Assembly (NCBI GenBank): GCA_013178005.1
Contig: JABLXL010000005.1
Coordinates: 1,544 to 65,543, forward strand
Source of the DNA: Actinomycetota bacterium
Lineage (GTDB): Bacteria; Actinomycetota; Geothermincolia; Geothermincolales; RBG-13-55-18
Direction: 5' to 3'
DNA length: 64,000 bases
Part shown: positions 10,204 through 20,305 of the stretch, one piece after another
How the letters are laid out: every line of letters starts with the position of its first letter
How positions within the stretch are numbered: the stretch's first letter is position 1
The notes under the pieces: generated by a model
Seen by the model: the letters and a program-made list of their open reading frames with translations, nothing else
What the model was told of the DNA's origin: nothing
Database searches by the model: none
Position numbers and translations under genes: made by a program

Positions 10204-10596
10204 TTAAACGCGGGCACCCTCCGCGCCACAGGGATGGCAGGCAACTATTTCCAGCATGTCCCCGGGAGCCGTCCCCGTGGCGGCGGCCTTGCCGGGGGGC
10301 AGCTCGATGGCGGCGGCGGCCCTCAACACCAGGGCGCCCAGGCGGCACGGCCTCATCGCCTTTACCACGCGCAGCACCCGCATGCGCCTATCCACGAAGA
10401 CCACGTCTATGGCGTAGCGCATGCCGAAGGTGTGCACCTGCCGGCAGGGCACGATCACCAGGCCTCGCCCGTCCTCGAGGACCTCGGTCCCCAGGAGACC
10501 GCGCCGGCGCGAGCGCGGCGTGTCCGCCACCGCCGCCCTCGCGGCCAGCACGGCTTTCCTGGTCACGTTGATGACGGCGACTTCCCCTGCGGACAT
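10204..10596 (-). CDS. DUF192 (COG1430) family protein
   Basis: VHTFGMRYAIDVVFVD and AIELPPG motifs typical of DUF192. Start taken at an internal Met. Confidence 0.55.
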   Translation of the reverse strand: MSAGEVAVINVTRKAVLAARAAVADTPRSRRRGLLGTEVLEDGRGLVIVPCRQVHTFGMRYAIDVVFVDRRMRVLRVVKAMRPCRLGALVLRAAAAIELPPGKAAATGTAPGDMLEIVACHPCGAEGARV

Positions 10597-10681
10597 GCAG
10601 CTTCCTCCTGCAGACACGGCCCAAGACACCACAGGCACATCGAGTCACCTTCCATGGATCCGCGTTCGCCCTGAATGATAC

Positions 10682-10704
10682 AACTTGATTAACTATATCA
10701 AGTT
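10682..10704. promoter_or_regulatory. 8-7-8 inverted repeat AACTTGAT-N7-ATCAAGTT in the divergent DUF192/meaB promoter region
   Basis: Perfect inverted repeat, seen directly, in an AT-rich intergenic stretch between divergent genes. Confidence 0.35.
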
Positions 10705-10848
10705 ATACTATATATTGCAACGATTATCGCCGCCGCGCTTCGGGATGCGGGAACGTTCCAAGCGCCATGCCGGCGACGGCGGGATGGGAGGTTGACCGCG
10801 GGCGGGGCAGCGCCGAGAATAGATGCGGGAATGCGAAAAGGAGGCGAC

Positions 10849-11799
10849 GTGGAGGACATCTATTCACGCCTTCTGGCAGGTGACCGGAGGGCGGTAGCCC
10901 GGCTTATCACCCTGGTGGAGAACGGCGACCCGGCCGCCGACGAGCACATCCGGCGCCTGCACGAGCACACCGGGAAGGCGCATATCGTCGGCATCACCGG
11001 CGCCCCCGGAGCGGGCAAGAGCACGCTGGTCTCCTCCCTCACCAAGGTGTTGAGGGCGCGGGGGTTGACCGTGGGCATCGTGGCCATCGACCCCACCAGC
11101 CCCTTCAGCGGCGGCGCCATCCTCGGGGACCGCGTGCGCATGCAGGACCTCGCCACCGACCCGGGGGTGTTCATACGCTCCATGGGGACCAGGGGGGCCC
11201 TGGGAGGGATATCCGTGGCCACCAATGACGCCGTGAACATCCTCGACGCCTTCGGGAAGGACATGGTCATCGTGGAGACGGTGGGGGCCGGACAGGTGGA
11301 GGTGGACATCGTAAGGCTGGCCCATACCTCCGTGGTGGTGACCATGCCGGGGGGAGGCGACGAGATCCAGGCCATCAAAGCGGGGATCATGGAGATCGGG
11401 GACGTCTTCGTGGTCAACAAGGCCGACAGGGAGGACGCGGGCCGCACCTACACCGAGATCCTGATGATGCTGGAGATGTCCGACCGCCCCGACGGGCGCA
11501 TGCCCCCGGTGATCCGCACCGTGGCCACCACCGGACAGGGCATGGAGGAACTCGCAGACGCCATCCAGGACCACTACCAATACCTGAAGCGGGAGGGCCT
11601 GCTGGAGAAGAAGGCCCGGGAAAGGATCCTGGCCGAACTCCTGGAGATCATCAACCGCCAGGTGGCGAGAACGGTGACGCGCGCCCTGGAGGAAGACCCG
11701 GAGATGATCGACCTCGTGAGCAAGCTGGTGGAAACGAGGGAGATAGACCCCCATGCCGGCGCCCGCATGGTGATCCGGCATCTCCTGAAGAAGGGCTGA
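10849..11799 (+). CDS. meaB: methylmalonyl-CoA-mutase-associated GTPase MeaB / ArgK (G3E family)
   Basis: Walker A GAPGAGKST, a switch region and an NKAD-like motif (VVNKAD). GTG start with an AAAGGAGG RBS; the ATG at 10831 is an alternative. Confidence 0.8.
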   Translation: MEDIYSRLLAGDRRAVARLITLVENGDPAADEHIRRLHEHTGKAHIVGITGAPGAGKSTLVSSLTKVLRARGLTVGIVAIDPTSPFSGGAILGDRVRMQDLATDPGVFIRSMGTRGALGGISVATNDAVNILDAFGKDMVIVETVGAGQVEVDIVRLAHTSVVVTMPGGGDEIQAIKAGIMEIGDVFVVNKADREDAGRTYTEILMMLEMSDRPDGRMPPVIRTVATTGQGMEELADAIQDHYQYLKREGLLEKKARERILAELLEIINRQVARTVTRALEEDPEMIDLVSKLVETREIDPHAGARMVIRHLLKKG

Positions 11800-12066
11800 A
11801 CCGGCCTGTGGCGGAGCGGTCCCCGCATCTGGCCTCAAGCAAGCGGGGAAGAACAACCCTTGGAGCAGATCCGGCCTGTGATGGAGCGGTCCCCGCACCG
11901 GCCGGCTCCGCGCGACCGGGGCCATGAGCGGAGGTGCACCCGGCCCGATCGCAGTGCGGGGAGCCTTGCGGGGTTCAGGAACAGGTTCTCGCCGTGCAGG
12001 GTCATCCCTCCTGACCGGCGCGGGGATATGGACATGGCGAGCCGTGGATAGGGGCGGTGATGTGAT

Positions 12067-12954
12067 TTGCTCCGACTGGAAACGCGTTCCAGGATCGTTT
12101 TTATCCTTGCAGCCCTGGTGCTCGCGGCCGGGGCGGTATCTTCCCTGCTCATCCGGGCCGCGCGTTCCTCCTCCACCCGGGAGGTCATGGACGTAACGGC
12201 CGCGGGAGAGACGGCTCTCGGCATCTATTACAACGTCTCCTCGCTGGCGGATCGCTGGAGGGAGCCGGGCTCCAACGACATGGCCGCCCTGGCCATAGCA
12301 ATGCAAGAATGTATAGCCCTGCTGCGGGGGGAGATGGACCACGCGAGGGAACTCGAGGAGTCGATCCTCTCCGCCGGTGACGACGAGACGCGCAGGGGGG
12401 CCTCGATCGTACTCGAGGCCCTGGCCCTGCTCCGCGAGGCGCAGGAAGAGCTCGCCGGGGCGTTGGGCGATGCCGGGGAGGCGCTGGGCGGCCTTTACCC
12501 CCTCCGAGAGGCGGAAAACCGATACAAGGAAGCTCGCGACGCCTTCCTCGGAGCCGTCTCCGCACACAACCAGGCCGTTGAGGCCTCTTCCCGCGATTTT
12601 TCCTCCGCCAGACAGCGGGCCGCCTCATCCATACTCGCCCTGGAGAAGGCCCGCGCCGCCGTGGACTCCGCCGCCGTGGAGGGCCTGAACCTGGACCCCG
12701 CCCGGTCGGCCATCGCAGATCTCGATAAGGCGGTGGGGGAATTCATCCAGGCTTGCGCCCTGGGGGAGTCCGGCGACGTGGCGGCGCATAACGAGCTCGT
12801 GGCCCTTGCGGAGGCATCGCTCGCGTCCGCCCCCGCGACCCTCGAGGAGGGCCTGGACGTCTCCGGTTGGCTGGCCGGCCTCCTCGCACCTCGGCTGGAT
12901 GAGGTGAAGGGAAAGCTGTCGGAGGCGCGGGACCTCATCGGTGGTGGAGGTTGA
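12067..12954 (+). CDS. hypothetical Ala-rich protein with an N-terminal transmembrane anchor
   Basis: Long GC3-rich ORF with an N-terminal hydrophobic helix and no recognisable domain. Confidence 0.35.
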   Translation: MLRLETRSRIVFILAALVLAAGAVSSLLIRAARSSSTREVMDVTAAGETALGIYYNVSSLADRWREPGSNDMAALAIAMQECIALLRGEMDHARELEESILSAGDDETRRGASIVLEALALLREAQEELAGALGDAGEALGGLYPLREAENRYKEARDAFLGAVSAHNQAVEASSRDFSSARQRAASSILALEKARAAVDSAAVEGLNLDPARSAIADLDKAVGEFIQACALGESGDVAAHNELVALAEASLASAPATLEEGLDVSGWLAGLLAPRLDEVKGKLSEARDLIGGGG

Positions 12955-13016
12955 GGAAAAGAAACGCGCCTTTTGAGACGCGCAACCAAGCATGCGGCCG
13001 GGACCGTCCACGCGGC

Positions 13017-14108
13017 TCACGAGAACCTGAATAGCATCACGTCGCCGTCCCGCACCACGTAATCCCGGCCTTCCACCCTGACCGCGCCGGCCTCCCTCGC
13101 GGCGGAAAACGATCCATAAGCCAGGAAATCCTCCCACCCAATGACCTCGGCGCGGATGAAACCCCTGGCCATGTCGGTATGTATCTTGCCCGCCGCCTCC
13201 ACGGCGCTCCCCCCGGAGCGTAAGGGCCAGGCCCTGCACTCGCCGGACTCGGTGGTGAAGAAGGTGATGAGGCCGAGCAGGTCGCAGCAGCGCGAGGCGA
13301 ACTCCTCCAGCCCCGGCCGCTCGATGCCGTAGGCGGCCAGGAACTCCTCCATCTCGTCCGCCTCCAGCTCCTCGATCTCCGCCTCCAACCGGGCGCAAAA
13401 GGCGACCGTGCGCGCCCCCTCCGCCTCGGCCACCTCGCGCACCGCCTCCAGGAGCGGGCCTCCGTCCGGGAGCTGGTCCTCTCCCAGATTGGCCACGTAG
13501 ATCACGGGCTTGGCGGTGAGGAGGAACAGTCCGTCCAGAACCGCCTTCTCATCCCTTGAAAGCCCCATGGCCCGGACCGGCGTCTCCGAGTCCAGTCCCT
13601 CCTCGACTTTCCTGAGCACCTCCATCTCGCGGGCTTTTTCGCGGTCGCCGCTCGCCGCGGCCTTTCCTATCCTTTCCTTGCGCCTGGAAACCGCCTCCAG
13701 GTCGGCCAGGATGAGCTCCGCGTTCACCACCTCGATGTCCTTCACCGGGTCCACCTCGGCCCGCACGTGCGCCACGTCGGGAGAGGAAAAGCAGCGCACG
13801 GCATGGGCGATGGCGTCCACCTCGCGGATATGGGCCAGGAACTGGTTCCCCAGCCCCTCGCCGCGGTGGGCTCCCTCCACCAGCCCCGCGATGTCAACCA
13901 GCCTCAGGTCGGCCGGCACCACCTTACCGCATTTCGCCGCCTTCGCCACTTTTTCGAGACGGGCGTCCGGCACCGCCGCCACCCCGTAGTTGGGATCCAC
14001 GGTGGAGAAAGGGTAGCCGGCCACCTGGGCCCCTGCCCGGGTCAGGGCATTGAAGATGGTGGTTTTCCCGGAGTTGGGAAGCCCTATTATCCCCACCTGA
14101 AGGGCCAT
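13017..14108 (-). CDS. ychF: ribosome-binding ATPase YchF (Obg-like GTPase family)
   Basis: G1 motif GLPNSGKTT, NxxE, and the YchF C-terminal TGS domain. Start placed at MALQVGIIG. Confidence 0.85.
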   Translation of the reverse strand: MALQVGIIGLPNSGKTTIFNALTRAGAQVAGYPFSTVDPNYGVAAVPDARLEKVAKAAKCGKVVPADLRLVDIAGLVEGAHRGEGLGNQFLAHIREVDAIAHAVRCFSSPDVAHVRAEVDPVKDIEVVNAELILADLEAVSRRKERIGKAAASGDREKAREMEVLRKVEEGLDSETPVRAMGLSRDEKAVLDGLFLLTAKPVIYVANLGEDQLPDGGPLLEAVREVAEAEGARTVAFCARLEAEIEELEADEMEEFLAAYGIERPGLEEFASRCCDLLGLITFFTTESGECRAWPLRSGGSAVEAAGKIHTDMARGFIRAEVIGWEDFLAYGSFSAAREAGAVRVEGRDYVVRDGDVMLFRFS

Positions 14109-14269
14109 GCCGCCTCTCCTTTCCCGTCGCTCCGGCGCCTCCTGCCGGACCGGCTTTATCAAGTTTACACCCCGCGCTTTCGATATAGAACTGGACGCTG
14201 GAAAGGAGGGTTTCCCGGGGGAAACGGCACCGATGGTCCCGCCCGGGCAAGCCAAGAGGGGATAACCTG

Positions 14270-17257
14270 ATGAGGTCGGCCAAGCTTCTTCCGCTGTCCC
14301 ACTGGATGGCGTTCCTCGCCGTGGGCCTTTACCCGCTATATACCGGCGAGGGCATAAGTTACTGGCCCTGGGCGGTGACCACGTCAGCCCTTTTCGCCCT
14401 TGGCCTGGCCTACCATGTGTCGCGTTCCCTGCTCTCAGCGGGCGAAGTGGGTTGGATGGGCCTCTCCCTGCTGGGGATGGACTCCTTGCTGGTCTGCTTC
14501 CTGGTCTATCACTCGGGTGGCATCGCCAGCCCGCTCTTCCCCCTGCTCTTCCTGCTCAGCGCCACCGCGGCCCTCTATGACCGCTGGACCAACACCCTCC
14601 TTCTCGCGGGCGGCGTCAGCGCCGCCTATGTCATCTCCTGCCTCGCGAGGGATTTCGACTTCTCCGGCGACGGCGCCCGCCTTCTGATCAACGTCCTGGT
14701 GTTGCTGGGGTCCTCGGTGCTCCTTTCCTACCTGGCGGAACTTCACCGCAAGGAGCAGAGCAAGGCGGAGCGCATCGAGACCCTATACCGCCTGAGCTCC
14801 TCCCTCATGCAAGAGGTGGACCTGGAGAAGGCGCTGCATGACCTCCTCGCCACCACCGCCTCCTTCTTCCAGACCGAGATCAGCTCGGTGCGTCTCCTGG
14901 ACCGCGGGAGCGGGAAGCTGGTGGTCAGGGCTTCGGGGGCGCCCCCAGGCGAGCTGGATGAGCAGATAGAGATACCGGTGGGAGAGGGCTTTATAGGCTG
15001 GGTGGCCGCGGAGAAGGCGCCCATAATCGTCAACGACGTGAGCGCTGACCCACGTTTCGCCGATTTCCCCAAGGCCCGCGCCAAGGTTCGTTCCGCCCTG
15101 GCCGCCCCGATCCTGGTAGGCGGGGAGCTGGTCGGGGTGCTGAGCTTCGCCAGCGGCGAGCCTCGCGTATTTTCCTCGGATGACCTGCGCATGCTGGTCA
15201 CCATCTCCAACCTGGCGGCTTCGGTTATCGCCCGCTCCGAGCTCCACCAGATAATACTCTCCCGCAGCGAGGTCATCGTGGAGAGCATGGGCAGCGGTTT
15301 GCTGGTGACCGACACGGCGGGTAAGGTTGTTATGTCCAACCAGGCGGCGCGGGACATCCTCGGGATCGACGCACCCGACCATGATAGCACCCTTCACGAG
15401 CTGCTCGAGCCTATCCTCTCTGACGCTGAACCCCTCCGGCGACTGCTGGAAGAGGGGGCTTACGCGGGCGAAGAGTCCACCCGGCACGTAGAGGTGCACG
15501 TGGGAGGGCCACAGGAGCGCGTGCTCTCCGTGAGCGCCTCCCCCATACGGGCGGGATACGCGGCGGGCGGGGGCATGGTGTTCATCCTCGAGGACATCAC
15601 CGAGCGCGTCAAAGTGGATGAGATAAGGGATGACCTCATGCTTCTCATCGCCCGCAGGGTCGAGGAGCAGACCGCCCTCTACGAGGTCGGCAGGTCCCTG
15701 GTGGACGAGGTGGACACGCGCAACCTCCTCTCTTTCCTGCTGGAAAGGGCGGTGAGCCTGGTGGGAGGAGAGGCGGGAGCGCTGTCGTTACGAGAGGGCG
15801 ACGGGCTTTACCACGTCAAGGCCGTCCACAATCTCGGCCAGGAAGTCCTGGGCGCCTCCTTCATTCACGGCGAGTACCTGGCCGGGGAGGCGGCGCTCAA
15901 CGGGACGCCACTGCGGCGGGCATGCATCGATCCTGGACGGGAAACGCCCTGGGGAGCGACCCTGCATGGCAAGCACTCCTACCTGGCCGCCCCTTTAAGC
16001 TGGCAGGGGGTTCCGAAAGGGGTTATCGAGATAGTCTCGCGAAACGATGAGCGGGTCTTCGGCGAGGATGACCTGCGGCTGCTGGCGCTGTTCGTGAACC
16101 AGGCGGCCATCGCCCTGGAGAACGCCAACCTCTACCGCCTCATCAGCGAGGACCAGCGCCGCACCGAGGCCATGCTGCACTCCCTCAACGACGGGGTGAT
16201 CGCCATCAACAACGAGGCGGAGGTTATCCTGGTCAACGCGGCGGCGGAGAGCATCCTGGGCCTGCCGCCTTCGCGACGGATCGCCAACCGCCACGTCAAG
16301 GAGGTCATCCCGAACCCGGACATCGCCAACACTTTCCTGCGCAGCCTCAACACCGGCCTGGAACTCGAGGAAGAGGTGGCGGTGGGCCCCACCAAAAGGA
16401 AAATACTGGAGATACGCACGTCGATCATCGAGGCCTCGCCCGGGGAACGCATCGGCATCATCGCGGTAATCAGGGACATCACCAAGCTGCACGAGCTGGA
16501 GCAGGCGAAATCAGACTTCGTTTCCACCGTCTCCCACGAGCTGCGCACGCCCCTGACCTCCATCAAGGCATATACCGCCACCCTCCGGCGCGGCGACGTG
16601 GAATTCGATGAGGACACCAAGCGGGAATTCCTCCGCGTCATCGAGGACGAGACGGACCGCCTGGCCCGCCTGGTATCCGACATCCTGGACGTGTCGCGAA
16701 TCGAGTCGGGGCGGCTGGAGCTCAAGAAGCGGGAATTCGACCTCGCGAGGCTTGCCCGCATAGTAATCGAAAAGCTGGAATCCCATTCCTCTCGACACTC
16801 TTTCCACCTCCACTACCCACAACACATGGACCCGGTCTACGCCGACCCCGACAAGATCGAGCAGGTGATCATGAACCTGGTGGACAACGCGGTCAAGTAT
16901 TCCCCCTCCGGCGGGGAGGTCACCGTCAGCCTGGCGCAGGAGAGGAACAGGGTGGAGTTCAGGGTAAGCGACCAGGGCGTGGGCATCCCCCCCGAGCACC
17001 TGCCCCATATCTTCGACAAGTTCCACCGCGTGGACAACCGGGCGACGCGGGAGATATACGGGACCGGCCTGGGGCTTTATGTGAGCAAGAGCATCATAGA
17101 GGCGCACGGCGGGAGCATATGGGTGGAGAGCGAGTTGGGAGAGGGCAGCACCTTCCTCTTCACCCTGCCGGTGGTGCCGGCGGCGCTGCCGCGCGAGGAA
17201 CGGGAGCGGAAAGAATGCCGGCCGGCCGGGGAAAGCGCCGGGCAGCCGGAGGCTTGA
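14270..17257 (+). CDS. multidomain sensor histidine kinase (membrane sensor - GAF - PAS - GAF - PAS - HisKA - HATPase_c)
   Basis: N-terminal polytopic hydrophobic region, H-box HELRTPLTSI, and N/G1/G2 boxes (NAVKYS, DQGVGIP, GTGLGL). Confidence 0.85.
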   Translation: MRSAKLLPLSHWMAFLAVGLYPLYTGEGISYWPWAVTTSALFALGLAYHVSRSLLSAGEVGWMGLSLLGMDSLLVCFLVYHSGGIASPLFPLLFLLSATAALYDRWTNTLLLAGGVSAAYVISCLARDFDFSGDGARLLINVLVLLGSSVLLSYLAELHRKEQSKAERIETLYRLSSSLMQEVDLEKALHDLLATTASFFQTEISSVRLLDRGSGKLVVRASGAPPGELDEQIEIPVGEGFIGWVAAEKAPIIVNDVSADPRFADFPKARAKVRSALAAPILVGGELVGVLSFASGEPRVFSSDDLRMLVTISNLAASVIARSELHQIILSRSEVIVESMGSGLLVTDTAGKVVMSNQAARDILGIDAPDHDSTLHELLEPILSDAEPLRRLLEEGAYAGEESTRHVEVHVGGPQERVLSVSASPIRAGYAAGGGMVFILEDITERVKVDEIRDDLMLLIARRVEEQTALYEVGRSLVDEVDTRNLLSFLLERAVSLVGGEAGALSLREGDGLYHVKAVHNLGQEVLGASFIHGEYLAGEAALNGTPLRRACIDPGRETPWGATLHGKHSYLAAPLSWQGVPKGVIEIVSRNDERVFGEDDLRLLALFVNQAAIALENANLYRLISEDQRRTEAMLHSLNDGVIAINNEAEVILVNAAAESILGLPPSRRIANRHVKEVIPNPDIANTFLRSLNTGLELEEEVAVGPTKRKILEIRTSIIEASPGERIGIIAVIRDITKLHELEQAKSDFVSTVSHELRTPLTSIKAYTATLRRGDVEFDEDTKREFLRVIEDETDRLARLVSDILDVSRIESGRLELKKREFDLARLARIVIEKLESHSSRHSFHLHYPQHMDPVYADPDKIEQVIMNLVDNAVKYSPSGGEVTVSLAQERNRVEFRVSDQGVGIPPEHLPHIFDKFHRVDNRATREIYGTGLGLYVSKSIIEAHGGSIWVESELGEGSTFLFTLPVVPAALPREERERKECRPAGESAGQPEA

Positions 17258-17281
17258 TGCGAGGTCTTGAAAGGAGCGGCC

Positions 17282-18229
17282 ATGGAGAACGCAGGAGGTG
17301 CCCCCATCAAGGTCCTGGTTATCGACGACGAGCGGAATATCCTGGACATCATCAGGTTCAACCTCGAGGTGGAGGGGTACGAGGTCATCACCTCGCGCGA
17401 CGGGGAGGAAGCCCTGCGCATGGTGCGGGAGCTCAAGCCGGACCTCATCCTCTGCGACATCATGATGCCCGAGGTGGACGGCCTCGAGGTCTGCCGCCGC
17501 CTCAAGGCGGATGGCAGGACCAACCAGATCCCGGTGGTCATGCTCTCCGCCCGCACCCAGGCCCAGGATAAGGTGGCGAGCATAGAGGCGGGCGCCGACG
17601 ACTTCATCACCAAGCCCTTCGACTTCTCCGACCTGGTGGCACGCATCACCATCAACCTCATCAGGGCACGGCAGAAACGCGATGTGAGCCCCCTGACCGG
17701 GCTCCCCGGAAGCATATCCATAGAGGCGGAGACCAAGCGCCGCATAGCCAAGAACTTGCGCTTTTCCGCCCTCTACGTGGATATCGACAACTTCAAGCCC
17801 TTCAACGACGTCTACGGGTTCCCCACCGGAGACAAGGCCATCAGGATGCTGGCCGAGATCGTGGACGAGGCGGTGAAGAAACTGGGAAACGTGGACGATT
17901 TCATCGGCCACGGCGGCGGCGACGACTTCGTGGTTATCACCACGCCGGAGAAAGCCGCGGTCATTGCGGAGGAAATCATTTCCAATTTCGACGAGCGGGT
18001 GAGGACGCTCTACCGCGACGAGGACCTGCGCAGGGGGTACTCCATCCTGGTCGACCGCCTGGGACGCGACAACTATGTCCCCATAATGACCTTGAGCATA
18101 GGGGTGGCGAGCAACTACCGACGGCGCATCAGCACCCACTGGGAAGTGGGAGAGATCGCCAAGGAGACCCTGAATTACGCCAAGTCCATACCGGGAAGCA
18201 CCTACTTCATCGACCGACGCACCAAGTAA
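17282..18229 (+). CDS. response regulator receiver fused to a GGDEF (diguanylate-cyclase-type) domain with a variant GGDDF signature
   Basis: REC domain (VLVIDDE...DLILCDIMMP...K). GGDEF-domain context (NDVYGFPTGDKAIR...GHGGGDDFVVITTPE). ATG with an AAAGGAG RBS. Confidence 0.8.
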   Translation: MENAGGAPIKVLVIDDERNILDIIRFNLEVEGYEVITSRDGEEALRMVRELKPDLILCDIMMPEVDGLEVCRRLKADGRTNQIPVVMLSARTQAQDKVASIEAGADDFITKPFDFSDLVARITINLIRARQKRDVSPLTGLPGSISIEAETKRRIAKNLRFSALYVDIDNFKPFNDVYGFPTGDKAIRMLAEIVDEAVKKLGNVDDFIGHGGGDDFVVITTPEKAAVIAEEIISNFDERVRTLYRDEDLRRGYSILVDRLGRDNYVPIMTLSIGVASNYRRRISTHWEVGEIAKETLNYAKSIPGSTYFIDRRTK

Positions 18230-18420
18230 TAATAAATATTTACATCGTGGAAGGCTTTCCGGGTGAAAAATCTATTCTTTCTCGCATATCCGCGCAAGCG
18301 CGCCCCACGGCAGTGCGGTCATTCTGGCGAGGGCTTCCCGTATCAAGGTGGATGGCCGTGATGACGAAACCTCTATTGACGATGAAACGGTAAAGGTGCG
18401 GAGGTCGGTGGCGATAATCC

Positions 18421-19188
18421 ATGGGCGAAAGCAGAGAGGAAAAATACCGCATACTGCTCATCGAGGATGACCCGGCCATCTCCAACGTGGTCGAGCTCAA
18501 TCTCAGGCTGGACAACTACGACGTTTTCCTGGCCGCGGATGGCGAGGAGGGGCTGAAAATGGTGAAAGAGGTCGACCCTGATCTCGTCATCCTGGACGTC
18601 ATGATGCCCAAAGTGGACGGCTGGCAGGTGCTCATGCGCCTCAAGGCCGACGAGGAGACCAGAGACATCCCAGTGATCATGCTCACCGCCATCGACGACG
18701 AGCAGTCAAAGGTCATTGGCCTGCGCGGGGGGGCGGACGATTACGTGCCCAAGCCCTTCAGCCCCCTGGAGCTGGCGGCCAGGGTTAAGGTGGTTCTGGA
18801 CCGGGTGGGGAGGGCGCGGAGGGCCTCGCGGGATCCCGGCAGGGAAGCGCCCCGGCTGGAACAGGTGCCGGTGCAAAAGGGCGACACCATTAAGCTTATC
18901 CCCATGGAGGACATATACTACATCGACACCAAGCTGGAGTACGCGAACCTGCACACCTACAACGAGTCCTACCTCACCACCTATAGCCTGACCGAGCTGG
19001 AGAAGATGCTGGATCGCCGCTCCTTCTTCCGCACCCACCGCAGCTTTATCGTGAACCTGAAGAAGGTAAACCAGATCGTGCGCCTCTCCCGCAACTCCCT
19101 CATCGTGACCCTAACGGACGAAAAGGAAAGCCGGGTGCCGGTTTCCCGCCGCCAGGCGTCGGTCCTGCGCGAGATGCTGGGTATCTGA
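18421..19188 (+). CDS. LytTR-family two-component response regulator (REC + LytTR DNA-binding domain)
   Basis: REC motifs (ILLIEDD, DLVILDVMMP, K). C-terminal LytTR domain (IYYIDTKLEYANLHT...SFFRTHRSFIVNL). Confidence 0.85.
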   Translation: MGESREEKYRILLIEDDPAISNVVELNLRLDNYDVFLAADGEEGLKMVKEVDPDLVILDVMMPKVDGWQVLMRLKADEETRDIPVIMLTAIDDEQSKVIGLRGGADDYVPKPFSPLELAARVKVVLDRVGRARRASRDPGREAPRLEQVPVQKGDTIKLIPMEDIYYIDTKLEYANLHTYNESYLTTYSLTELEKMLDRRSFFRTHRSFIVNLKKVNQIVRLSRNSLIVTLTDEKESRVPVSRRQASVLREMLGI

Positions 19189-19311
19189 AAAGGGGCTAAA
19201 GGACTACCCCTACCCTACCGATAATGATATCGAGGTAGCTAGGTATCCCCCATGAGTTTACCGGCAATTTCCCTCAATGGGTGCAAGCAAGCACACTAGC
19301 TGCCGACTCGA

Positions 19312-19346
19312 GACCCCGTTCCCCCCAACGGGGTCTTCCCCTTTTG
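19312..19346 (+). terminator. rho-independent terminator-like hairpin downstream of the LytTR gene
   Basis: GACCCCGTT-CCCCCC-AACGGGGTC stem-loop followed by TTCCCCTTTT. Confidence 0.45.
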
Positions 19347-19504
19347 GAGTCACTTCTTCAACCAAAAGCATGGAATTCACTTAGACCTGGTAAAAGAGCC
19401 TCGTTTCACGATAACGGCCCCATCGCCGGGCCGCGCGTGGCCTCGTAAAGAGCTCACAAGTCACCGGGGACCGTAGATGGATGATGCGACTCCGGTCATC
19501 CCGA

Positions 19505-20305
19505 TTATAGGGGTATTACCTCCTCGCTTACCTCGCCGCCGCGCACGGTGACGCGCAGGAAGTGGTGGAAGCCGCCGGATTCCTCGGAGAGGTGGGGGTT
19601 GGCACCCGCGCCTCCGCTGACCACCACGCGTGGGGGCCCGGAGGAATAGAGCATGTAGGCGTGGATGTGGCCGCAGTAGAGCACGGGGGCGCCCGCATCT
19701 GCGAGGATGTCCAGCATCTCCCGGGCGCTCTCCGTTTCCCTGGGCTGGAACCCGCCCCTGCCGACGTCCAGAGGCGCCCCGGGCGGCACGTGGGCGAAGC
19801 CGATGACCGTCTTTTTTCCCTCCAGACCGGCGAGGGTGTCCTCCAGCCAGGCGAGCTGGTCGTCCGGGCACCCGATACCCGCCACGGCGTCGTTGACGAA
19901 AACGAGGCGGGCGTCCTGGATGTCGAGGTAAAAATGGTCGGGGCCGAAGACCTCCGTGAACGTCGAGGTGTCACCGCGGGGCATGTCGTTGTCCCCCGGT
20001 ATGACGTGGTACTCCAGGCCGGTGCCGTCCAGGAACCGCTTCATCTCCCGCATCTCGTCCAGACCCTTGCCGGTGGAGATGTCCCCGGTGATCACCAGGA
20101 ACTCGCCCGGCAGCGCCTGGTCGACGATCTTTTGCAGAAGGTCCGTGCGAGCGTGGGGGTCACCGCAAACCAGGAAGGAAAAAGCGTTGCGCGTCACCTC
20201 CCCGTCCGACTCGCTCCCAGGCAAATCGCCTTCCGCCGCGCCGCGGGTGCATGCCGTTACGGACAGGGCAAGGGCGAGCAACAGGGCCACTGCGATCGCG
20301 AGCAT
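19505..20305 (-). CDS. calcineurin-like metallophosphoesterase lipoprotein
   Basis: Lipobox LSVTAC after a signal peptide. Phosphoesterase motifs GDPH, GDIS, GNHD-like (GDND) and GHIH. Confidence 0.7.
   Translation of the reverse strand: MLAIAVALLLALALSVTACTRGAAEGDLPGSESDGEVTRNAFSFLVCGDPHARTDLLQKIVDQALPGEFLVITGDISTGKGLDEMREMKRFLDGTGLEYHVIPGDNDMPRGDTSTFTEVFGPDHFYLDIQDARLVFVNDAVAGIGCPDDQLAWLEDTLAGLEGKKTVIGFAHVPPGAPLDVGRGGFQPRETESAREMLDILADAGAPVLYCGHIHAYMLYSSGPPRVVVSGGAGANPHLSEESGGFHHFLRVTVRGGEVSEEVIPL

Noticed and set aside
10864-12567. 567-aa minus-strand ORF across meaB and downstream
   Set aside because: Antisense to a well-supported MeaB gene. The composition is dominated by G/P/R/H, and the ORF spans an intergenic region.
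12185-12989. Arg/Pro-rich minus-strand ORFs opposite the hypothetical 12067..12954 gene
   Set aside because: Extreme low-complexity shadow frames. The plus-strand ORF has the better codon periodicity, although its own identity is uncertain.
16511-18139. 542-aa minus-strand ORF overlapping the histidine kinase 3' end and the REC-GGDEF gene
   Set aside because: Shadow ORF opposite two confidently assigned genes.
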